This document shows, one piece after another, positions 9,153 through 16,096 of a stretch of 32,000 nucleotides of DNA; position 1 is the first letter of the stretch; every line of letters begins with the position of its first letter. This DNA comes from Tenebrionibacter intestinalis (lineage in GTDB: Bacteria; Pseudomonadota; Gammaproteobacteria; Enterobacterales; Enterobacteriaceae). The notes beneath the pieces were generated by a model. It did no database searches. It was not told the origin of the DNA and was given only the letters and a program-made list of their open reading frames with translations. Position numbers and translations under genes: made by a program. The stretch is taken from contig NZ_JAEPBH010000028.1 in the NCBI RefSeq assembly GCF_016632365.1, positions 7,375 to 39,374 on the forward strand, in the 5' to 3' direction.

Positions 9153-10244
9153 TTACTGGCGCACAAAATCCAGCAGTGCGGGCAACGGGCCGGTAGCAGC
9201 AGACTCAATAGCGCTGGCGCCGCCTTCAACATTCAGCACAAACCGCTTGTCGGCGCAGGCGCCATAGGCATTATCAAACTTGCAGCACTGCTGCTCCAGC
9301 GAAGCAATCGCCTGCATAAGCTGATTATCGCCGGCAACGGGCTTTAAAAAGGCCACTGACAGCGAGCGCGGCTGCTGCTCGCCTTTTTCAACCAGGGCAT
9401 AGGATGCGTAAGCGCGGGAAGCGAAGCTGTTTTGCTTGCCGCCTGGCGATACGGTCATCGCTGTTTGCGTCAGCGCCGCAATCGTGCGTGCGGTCAGCTC
9501 TTCATTCCCATCAAGATTTTCCAGCAGCAGGTCGCGGCTGATGCAGATGTAGGTATAAAACAGCGCCGAGGCGAAACCCTGTTCGCCCATGTGTCCCGAA
9601 CCGGTATCGTTTTCCGCCAGGTTCAGGTCATCCACTGCGGTAAAGAAGTCGTCTTCCACCAACACGGCGCTAACGCCCAGCGCGTGGGCAACCTGGCAGG
9701 CCGCCTCCACGTTGTAGTCCGGCTCGGAGGCCAGCATGCGGCCAAACAGCGCCATATCCACGCTGCGCGCCTCTTTTCTAAGCAGGTCTAATTCACTCTC
9801 CTGCGGTTCACGCTTCTCCTCAATCAGCGTCGCCACCAGCTTCTCAATTAACGCTTTTTCATGAACGCTGATATTCACCACCTGTTCGATATTGAGGTTG
9901 TCGCGCACGTCTTTGGGATTTTTATCGTTTTTGCGTTTACCAAACCGCTCGGCGATTTTTTCCGCCGCGGACAGGGCCAGCTTTTCCGGCACCCCGGCCT
10001 TTTTCATAGGCTCATAGACATACTTGCTGCCAATACAGCGGGTGCGAATACCGACATAATCGCCGTCAAGCGCGCAGGAAAAGGTTGGCGATACCCGCCA
10101 CGCGCGCTTGAGGCTTTGAGACGAAACGCGCAGGCGTTTCACACCGCCCATGAACGCCGTTTTAGGCTGTCCGGTATCATCACGGTTGAGGTTAGAAGGC
10201 GCATAAGAGGTTAACAGGTGTAGCTGGATAAATGTCGTCATCAT
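9153..10244 (-). CDS. cas7e: Cas7e (CasC/Cse4) Cascade backbone subunit
   Basis: 363 aa with the LNRDD..RVSSQSLKRAWR motif characteristic of Cas7e. Confidence 0.92.
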   Translation of the reverse strand: MMTTFIQLHLLTSYAPSNLNRDDTGQPKTAFMGGVKRLRVSSQSLKRAWRVSPTFSCALDGDYVGIRTRCIGSKYVYEPMKKAGVPEKLALSAAEKIAERFGKRKNDKNPKDVRDNLNIEQVVNISVHEKALIEKLVATLIEEKREPQESELDLLRKEARSVDMALFGRMLASEPDYNVEAACQVAHALGVSAVLVEDDFFTAVDDLNLAENDTGSGHMGEQGFASALFYTYICISRDLLLENLDGNEELTARTIAALTQTAMTVSPGGKQNSFASRAYASYALVEKGEQQPRSLSVAFLKPVAGDNQLMQAIASLEQQCCKFDNAYGACADKRFVLNVEGGASAIESAATGPLPALLDFVRQ

Positions 10245-10274
10245 TAAATCCTTTAAAAATGGGAAAACGGGGGG

Positions 10275-10868
10275 TTAATTACCGGCCTTCATATATTCAC
10301 TGGCCCAGCGAATACGGTTGCGGGAGAAAGGATCGCTGCACTCAGGCTGATGTTCTTCCCTGGCCTGCCATTCGCGCATCCAAAGAAAAATGCCGTCTGC
10401 CAGTGAAACAATATTTACGCCTTCTTTGCCGCGCAGCTTGACTGCGCGAACAAGCTGCCGGCAAAACTCGGCAGGCTCGCGAGTGTCCTGTAAGCGATCG
10501 AAACGCAGCGCTGACAGACATGCGCGGCCTTTAATATTTTCACCCAACTGAGCGGCAAAACTGCGCCCTGAAGTATTTTTATCGGCATGAGCGGCCGCAC
10601 AGACAAAGACCGCCAACGCGAGGCTATCAACGTGATTTAGCGGCATCACGCGTTCCAGCAGCCCCCTGAGCGTGTGATACCCTTCATACACCATGACGCC
10701 ATAAGGCGCTGCTGCGCGACGCAGCTCGGCTCGCCAGGCACGCCCGTTAATGCGCCTCTGGCCAATATGGGCATCCCTCTCCTGCAGCGCGTTAAACCAG
10801 GTGACCAGTATTTTTTTTGTATCATCGGATGTGAATACCCGTTCCCGGGCCGTATCGGTATTAAGCAT
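10275..10868 (-). CDS. cse2: Cse2 (CasB/Cas11e) small Cascade subunit
   Basis: 197 aa, Arg-rich and helical (RAELRRAA..). It lies between cas8e and cas7e with an 8-nt overlap with cas8e. The call rests on position and composition. Confidence 0.8.
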   Translation of the reverse strand: MLNTDTARERVFTSDDTKKILVTWFNALQERDAHIGQRRINGRAWRAELRRAAAPYGVMVYEGYHTLRGLLERVMPLNHVDSLALAVFVCAAAHADKNTSGRSFAAQLGENIKGRACLSALRFDRLQDTREPAEFCRQLVRAVKLRGKEGVNIVSLADGIFLWMREWQAREEHQPECSDPFSRNRIRWASEYMKAGN

Positions 10869-12426
10869 TCCCTCTCTCCTGCGGCTTTACCGCGAGTTCA
10901 GTAAAATCCTTGCGGACCTTCAGCTTCTGATATTCGCCCTCCAGCTTTTTTCTGGCGGCAAGCTGGCGACGCAAAATGGCGCTGTCGTCTTGCGAACCGG
11001 ATAACACCATGCCATCAAACATCATGAACATATGTTGCAGCAGGTAGGTCGGCCATTGCGCCATACGCCGCGACGTTTCGGGCTGCGCCTGCATGGGATC
11101 CTTTATCATGGCCGTTAGCAGCAGGCTGAATTGCGCTTGCGTCCCCTGCCACCAGGTGAGATCCCACATGCTGAAATCGCCAGGGGCATCGCCGCCTGCC
11201 GCGAAAAGCGCCGCTTTAAGGTGCTTTTTAAGCAAAGACAGTGCGGAGTTTGCCAGCTCTAGCGCAAGTTTGGCCTGCGCTTTCACTTGCTCTGGCTCAT
11301 CAGTGATAATCAGCGGCAGCCGGTGTTGATACCAACAGCGCGCCTTGGCGTTATCCATATCAAACCCAAAACACCAAAGGCGTGTTGCCGGCATTTTGCG
11401 GCGTTTTGACATCGCCGGGACCACAGCCGCAGGGCGGGTGAGGTTGAATTTATCTTCACTTTGCAGCGACAGCCCCAGCCAGTCTTTGTAACACAGCCCC
11501 CCCGGCTGCCCCTTAAGCGCAAGCCAGGGCGCAGCGCTGTCTTTTATGGACTGCCTGTGTGGCGACAGCGGGTGAACCCAGCCCTCATACTGGACGCCGT
11601 AGTTTTTCGTGCGTATTTCCCGCAGGCAGGCTTCACTATGCTCCCCGCACAGGTCACAGTTGCCCGCTTGTGTTGCAGAAAAATCGATTTCAATGCGCCT
11701 TGGCATCCCCCAGTACGCCTGCAGAGCGTGCGCATTGTCCGGCGTCACGCTGTTGCCTGGCCGCTCGCTGGTGCGGGTTGCGGTAAGCCAGGGGAAAATC
11801 AGCGGTAGCTGCGCCTGCTCAACCTGCGGCTGGCCTGACATCACGTTCAGCCAGAGCTTTTTCCACAGCGGCAGGGTGTTATCTTCAGGTACGATAAGCG
11901 TCGTCAGCGGGCCGCCGCCGCGCATTCCAACGCGATAGCCTGCGCCGCCGGCGGGTGAATTGGTCTGCACGGTAAAAAGCGCGATAGCCGCGCAGTGCGG
12001 GCACATGCGTTGACAGGCGCTGCGCTTAATGAAGTGATCTTTATTGAGCTTGAGCGTATTGCCGCCGGGCGCATCGATTAGCAGCCCGGCAATGGTGCTG
12101 TTTTCCCCCTCAAGCGGTTCATGACTTTGCAAAAAAGCGGGCTTCTGCGGGCCAAACTGCATCGCGGGCGCCACCACAGAAAGCGCCTGTCGCCACGCAT
12201 CCTGCGCCATACCGTCATACCAGACAGCGCGCCATGCCGCTTCATTTTCCGGCCCCGCCGCCGTTTGCAGCAGCCCGATAAGAAACTGCCAGGCGCCGTT
12301 TTGAAAATCAGGCCGTGGATACGCCAGATCGAGAATATCCTCATCCCACAGCGCCAGCGGCGATATTTTTTTTTGCTGGCGCGTGGCGGTGACAACCGGC
12401 AACCAGCTTTCCGTGATTAAATCCAT
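10861..12426 (-). CDS. cas8e: Cse1 (CasA/Cas8e) large Cascade subunit
   Basis: 521 aa. The N-terminus MDLITESWLPV resembles CasA MNLLIDNWIPV. A Cys cluster CPHCAAIALF..CDLCG is present. An AGGAG Shine-Dalgarno sits at 12436-12432. Confidence 0.9.
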   Translation of the reverse strand: MDLITESWLPVVTATRQQKKISPLALWDEDILDLAYPRPDFQNGAWQFLIGLLQTAAGPENEAAWRAVWYDGMAQDAWRQALSVVAPAMQFGPQKPAFLQSHEPLEGENSTIAGLLIDAPGGNTLKLNKDHFIKRSACQRMCPHCAAIALFTVQTNSPAGGAGYRVGMRGGGPLTTLIVPEDNTLPLWKKLWLNVMSGQPQVEQAQLPLIFPWLTATRTSERPGNSVTPDNAHALQAYWGMPRRIEIDFSATQAGNCDLCGEHSEACLREIRTKNYGVQYEGWVHPLSPHRQSIKDSAAPWLALKGQPGGLCYKDWLGLSLQSEDKFNLTRPAAVVPAMSKRRKMPATRLWCFGFDMDNAKARCWYQHRLPLIITDEPEQVKAQAKLALELANSALSLLKKHLKAALFAAGGDAPGDFSMWDLTWWQGTQAQFSLLLTAMIKDPMQAQPETSRRMAQWPTYLLQHMFMMFDGMVLSGSQDDSAILRRQLAARKKLEGEYQKLKVRKDFTELAVKPQERGNA

Positions 12427-12439
12427 TTTTACTCCTGTG

Positions 12440-12464
12440 AAAACCCGCCCCTTCCGAGGCGGGT
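12440..12464 (-). terminator. Intrinsic terminator/attenuator immediately upstream of the cas8e ribosome-binding site
   Basis: The minus strand reads CCCGCCUC-GGAA-GGGGCGGG, an 8-bp GC-rich stem with a GNRA tetraloop. UUUU (12443-12440) follows, and only 3 nt separate it from the AGGAG SD of cas8e. Confidence 0.6.
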
Positions 12465-12468
12465 ATTG

Positions 12469-12549
12469 TTAAGAGCGCCTTATCTGCATAAAAAGGAGGC
12501 TCAACGCAAGCACAAGAAACTGATAATCAAAACTCATGACTATTGTCAT
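12469..12549 (-). CDS. Candidate small hydrophobic peptide (26 aa), possible type-I-like/CreT-like toxin
   Basis: ATG at 12549, TAA at 12471-12469. Peptide MTIVMSFDYQFLVLALSLLFMQIRRS has a hydrophobic core and a basic tail. It starts 10 nt after the stop of the upstream 41-aa ORF and ends 4-5 nt before the terminator stem. There is no strong SD and no homology evidence. Confidence 0.3.
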   Translation of the reverse strand: MTIVMSFDYQFLVLALSLLFMQIRRS

Positions 12550-12559
12550 CAATAATTAC

Positions 12560-12685
12560 TCACAGGTATTGCCGGAACCCTGAGCGCGCCTTAGAATGCA
12601 GTTGCTTACACCACTCCTGAGGCCGCGCACATCTCCGATGGAACGGCCTTATGGAGTTCCATCGTTGGACATACAATATACGCAT
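12560..12685 (-). CDS. Candidate 41-aa basic leader/toxin ORF rich in rare Arg/Ile codons
   Basis: ATG at 12685, TGA at 12562-12560. Peptide MRILYVQRWNSIRPFHRRCARPQEWCKQLHSKARSGFRQYL. Codons include ATA x2, AGG, AGA, CGG x3 and CGA. It begins about 15 nt from the predicted TSS. No clear SD. Confidence 0.2.
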   Translation of the reverse strand: MRILYVQRWNSIRPFHRRCARPQEWCKQLHSKARSGFRQYL

Positions 12686-12706
12686 CCGAATACGGGCGCA
12701 AACAAA

Positions 12707-12735
12707 TTAATAAGTTAAACATCTTATATTTGCAA
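12707..12735 (-). promoter_or_regulatory. Predicted sigma70 promoter firing toward the small ORFs and cas8e
   Basis: Minus strand: TTGCAA (12735-12730), 17 nt, TATTAA (12712-12707). A T8 tract lies upstream of the -35. Predicted TSS is near 12700. Confidence 0.45.
12712..12729 (+). promoter_or_regulatory. PAM-flanked partial protospacer matching the mini-CRISPR pseudo-spacer (predicted Cascade binding/operator site)
   Basis: AAG|TTAAACATCTTATAT is an AAG PAM followed by identity to pseudo-spacer nt 1-5, 7-11 and 13-15. Mismatches fall only at positions 6 and 12. The match lies exactly between the -10 and -35 of the minus-strand promoter. Confidence 0.55.
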
Positions 12736-12795
12736 AAAAAAGCTTTATAGAACACATAAAGAACCTATAAAATATTTATAGAAAAATCCGGTTTA

Positions 12796-12824
12796 TTGCC
12801 TCATCGCAGACATACCGCTATACT
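12796..12824 (+). promoter_or_regulatory. Predicted sigma70 promoter of the mini-CRISPR
   Basis: TTGCCT (12796-12801), 17 nt, TATACT (12819-12824). The predicted TSS at about 12831-12833 is right at the first repeat. Confidence 0.5.
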
Positions 12825-12834
12825 TAGCCGCGAT

Positions 12835-12925
12835 AATTTCCCCGCGCGAGCGGGGATGAACCGTTAAAAATCTTTTATAGATTTTTATAAATTATCGAGT
12901 TCCCCGCGCAAGCGGGGATAAACCC
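12835..12925 (+). CRISPR. Mini-CRISPR: degenerate repeat, 33-nt pseudo-spacer, degenerate repeat, antisense to the cas genes (CreA/CreR-like)
   Basis: Repeat 1 is AATTTCCCCGCGCGAGCGGGGATGAACCG (12835-12863). The spacer is TTAAAAATCTTTTATAGATTTTTATAAATTATC (12864-12896). Repeat 2 is GAGTTCCCCGCGCAAGCGGGGATAAACCC (12897-12925). The Cas6e hairpin stem CCCCGC/GCGGGG is intact in both repeats. Confidence 0.85.
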
Positions 12926-12935
12926 GGCGCGCTCC

Positions 12936-15701
12936 CTAACCTTCGTTCCCCACCAGCCCATACTGCGCGCTGTAATAACCGGTATTGCTGGCTTCGCTAA
13001 CCAGCAACACCTGGGCCGTATGGCGCCGCATCGTGGTTCTGAATGCGGCCAGCGCCTCCTGCGGCGGCAGCGCAAACTGGCGGCTGTGCTTTTTCCACCA
13101 CGTTTCCCGCACCTGAAGCCGGCTCATCTCCCAGCTAAATTCGCCTTCATCGGCATACGGGCGCAGCCCTGACTCCCCATCCGGGTATGCGAGGAAAACC
13201 TCAACGCCCTCCTCGCTCAGGCGCGTTGAAATATCTTTAGCATCATCCCACATATAATCGCTGGCGCTGCGGTCATAACCTCTATCGCGCACAAGTAAAT
13301 TATTTTTTGCCGCCGCCCGCTGGCTTAACTGCAGCCCCAGCGCCTCATCGGCGTTGCGCTCCAGCCCGGGGGGAACCGGCTCGTCCTCCCCATATACTCC
13401 CTCAACCAGCCTGCGAGCGTCGTCTGGCATGCGTATAGCGCTCAGTTCGCGCAAAAGGCGCTGCGTGCGCCACAGGCAGACGTGATCGGCATAAACATAA
13501 CCGGTGCCGCGCAGCGCTTCCCCCAGCCAGCCGGGGTGCGGCTCGGGCTGCCATTCTGGCGCAAGCACATGCAGAACCGGTTGCGCCCGGTCATCTGCCT
13601 GCGGTGGCGGGTTGTCACCGGGCAACGGTATTTTGAGGTCGCCTCTGGCAGTGCGAATATGGCGCTGTAGACGCCCCGCGCGCTGAATCAGTAAATCGAC
13701 GGGGGCCAGATCGGTCAGCATATTATCAACGTCAATATCCAGGCTCTGCTCTATAACCTGGGTCGCGATAAGTACTTTCCCTCTACGCAACTGCGCGCTT
13801 GAGGCCTTACCAAACTGATGCAGCGCCTGGTTTTCAATATTCAGGCGGTCGGCAAACGCAAAGCGACTGTGGAACAACAGCAGATTATCGGCGGGTATCA
13901 CCCCCTCATCCAGCAGCCGACGGTAGACGGCAATCGCGTCATCAACGGTGTTACGTATCCAGCAAACGCTCTCGCCTGCCGCCGCTGCCCGGTAAATCAG
14001 CGCAATGCCTTCATCCACACAGCTAAACCAGCCCACGCTAACGTGGCGCGCCACTGCTTTACGGGTATCAAGCTTTTTTTCTTCTAAAGCCGCGGACGTC
14101 AGGCGGGTAAACCAGGGGTAGCCTGCCTGTGGGCTGGGCTGCGGTTGTACAAATCCGGCCCCTGCGGCAAACGCGGCAAGCAGCCTTTCGCGCAGCGCAT
14201 AGTGCAGCGTAGCGCTGAGAATAATGACGCTGCCGCCCTGCGCCGCATGGAAAAAAAGCAGCCCTTCGAGTAACCGCACCATGTAGCCGTCGTAGGCGTG
14301 AACCTCATCAAGCAGCAAAATTTTATCGCGCATCCCGAGCAGGCGCAGTGACTGATGGCAAAACGGCATTACCGCCATCAGCAGTTGATCGAGCGTTCCA
14401 ACCCCTACTTCAGCCAGCAGCGCTTTTTTACGCGAGTCGGCAAACCACGCGCTGCATTCGCTGCCCGCGCCCGGCTCATCTGCGGTATAGTGCTCCGGCG
14501 CACGCTGCTCGCTGTGCCAGACAGAATCACGAAACTGCATCGACATCTGCCGACCACCGTGCGCCAGCACCAGTGAAGGGCGCTGCCCAATTTCAAAGAG
14601 CGCGCGGTAAGCTTCGGCCAGACGCGCATACATCGCATTTGCAGTCGCCATTGTCGGCAGCCCGACATACAGGCCGCGTCCCTTGCCCGCAGACATCATC
14701 CTGTGCGCCAGTATCATCGCAGCCTCGGTTTTACCGGCGCCGGTCACATCCTCCAGCACCATAAGCTGTGGACCCGGCGCGCAGATATCCAGCGTCGCGG
14801 CATACTGTTGCAGCGGCGTAGGCTGGCGCAGAAACGGGAACATCGGCAAAAAACCGGGGTATTTACTGACCGCCGACGCCGGCGGAATAGCCGAAACGGC
14901 GGCCTGCGCGTTATTCAGCGCCTGCGCCCAGTACCCGGCAAGCGCAACGGGGCGGCCAGACCAGGGAAAACGTGTATTGTCAGAACCAAGCCAGTCGGCA
15001 AGGGTAACTGCGCCTGCCAGTTGCCAGCTATGCTGTTTAAGCGATTTCTGCCACTCAGCGTCTTTCCAGCATTCGGGCCAGTGGGTAAAGCCAAAAAGTT
15101 CGTTTAGCGCGGCGATGAAGGCATGGGCGGCGGCCATGTCCGACGGGTCAAAAGCCAGATGGCCTTCATGTTCTTTTATTTCCGGCGGTATACCGTGATG
15201 CCCGGTGCTTATCTGCATCCAGATATCCATAGCATCGAGGTATTCCTGCGCATCTCGCTCACTGCATGCCGGCAGCAGCCCTGTGTCGTCCTCCAGCCAC
15301 GATTCGCTCAACCTGTGCCAGAGAAAATAGCCCAGCGAATCGTGGCGGCAATAATATTTTTTCCCGGCCAGCGGCGCCACTAACACACCGTTACCGCAGG
15401 ACGCCAGCCCCTGAAACCCGCGCGCGAACTTGCCAATATCGTGCGTTGCCGCAAGCCAGCTAAACCAGCGTGCGCCCTCTTCGTCGCTAAACCCCAGAGC
15501 GATCAGCGTATCGGTAACGCCATATCGATTTTCCTTTACCATCTGGTGAGCACAGGCGGCAACATCAAGACAATGCCATACCAGTAGATGATACTCATCA
15601 CCATGATGGATTTTACCCGGCCGCGCTTTCCCCCAGTAACGGAAATAACCGGGAATATCATCAGGCCATTGCACAACAAACTTTTCCTTTTGTTTCCGCA
15701 A
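12936..15701 (-). CDS. cas3: Cas3 HD nuclease/helicase (type I-E)
   Basis: 921 aa. N-terminal HD domain (YWGKARP..HLLVWHCLDVAA..ATHDIGKF), Walker A VTGAGKTEAA, DEAH-like LLDEVHAYD, motif VI QRAGRLQRH. Confidence 0.95.
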   Translation of the reverse strand: MRKQKEKFVVQWPDDIPGYFRYWGKARPGKIHHGDEYHLLVWHCLDVAACAHQMVKENRYGVTDTLIALGFSDEEGARWFSWLAATHDIGKFARGFQGLASCGNGVLVAPLAGKKYYCRHDSLGYFLWHRLSESWLEDDTGLLPACSERDAQEYLDAMDIWMQISTGHHGIPPEIKEHEGHLAFDPSDMAAAHAFIAALNELFGFTHWPECWKDAEWQKSLKQHSWQLAGAVTLADWLGSDNTRFPWSGRPVALAGYWAQALNNAQAAVSAIPPASAVSKYPGFLPMFPFLRQPTPLQQYAATLDICAPGPQLMVLEDVTGAGKTEAAMILAHRMMSAGKGRGLYVGLPTMATANAMYARLAEAYRALFEIGQRPSLVLAHGGRQMSMQFRDSVWHSEQRAPEHYTADEPGAGSECSAWFADSRKKALLAEVGVGTLDQLLMAVMPFCHQSLRLLGMRDKILLLDEVHAYDGYMVRLLEGLLFFHAAQGGSVIILSATLHYALRERLLAAFAAGAGFVQPQPSPQAGYPWFTRLTSAALEEKKLDTRKAVARHVSVGWFSCVDEGIALIYRAAAAGESVCWIRNTVDDAIAVYRRLLDEGVIPADNLLLFHSRFAFADRLNIENQALHQFGKASSAQLRRGKVLIATQVIEQSLDIDVDNMLTDLAPVDLLIQRAGRLQRHIRTARGDLKIPLPGDNPPPQADDRAQPVLHVLAPEWQPEPHPGWLGEALRGTGYVYADHVCLWRTQRLLRELSAIRMPDDARRLVEGVYGEDEPVPPGLERNADEALGLQLSQRAAAKNNLLVRDRGYDRSASDYMWDDAKDISTRLSEEGVEVFLAYPDGESGLRPYADEGEFSWEMSRLQVRETWWKKHSRQFALPPQEALAAFRTTMRRHTAQVLLVSEASNTGYYSAQYGLVGNEG

Positions 15702-16096
15702 GCTTATTTATGAGTTATACCACCTCTGCAACTATTTAATACACAGCAAATCCGCATAAATATCAATTCTATGACGAAGCGCAAAATTAGCTGTTAAAAC
15801 AACATATAACACTACCCGTTATTTTCTTATTTACGCCAGAAGAAGATATTAACAAATGATAAAAAAACATAATTTCACTGCAACCAGCTGGCTATATTAA
15901 CAGAAAATTACCTGTTATAAGATTAAACAGAAGCGTTTTCGTATAATAAAATACGCCGTACCTGATGGCAGGCATAAATACGTTGAGAATTATATTCCTG
16001 ACATTATTCTGCCAATTCTCCCGGGTCTCTCTTCTGTTCTCTTATGGCGTGACATATGATGGCCTACGCTTTCTGAAACGCTGCAAGGAGAGGATT

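Noticed and set aside
12761-12790. The 3' half of the pseudo-spacer (GATTTTTATAAAT) resembles the reverse complement of 12766-12786 (GATTTTTCTATAAAT). This could be a second target or evidence that the spacer derives from leader DNA.
   Set aside because: The match needs a 2-nt gap, has no PAM in the right position, and both sequences are extremely AT-rich. It cannot be told from chance without a permutation test.
12789-12797. CCGGTTTAT, which resembles the reverse complement of the repeat 3' end (CGGTTTAT..) and could be a third, inverted repeat remnant.
   Set aside because: Only 8-9 nt match, and the adjacent sequence does not continue the repeat or its hairpin.
12875-13075. 66-aa minus-strand ORF spanning repeat 2 of the mini-CRISPR and the cas3 3' end.
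   Set aside because: It overlaps the cas3 stop region and a CRISPR repeat and has no ribosome-binding site. It is most likely an artefact.
15965-16096. N-terminal 44-aa extension of amn suggested by the ORF track (start at 15965).
   Set aside because: The extension is hydrophobic and low-complexity and has no counterpart in Amn. The Met at 16097 has an AAGGAG ribosome-binding site, and homology starts there.
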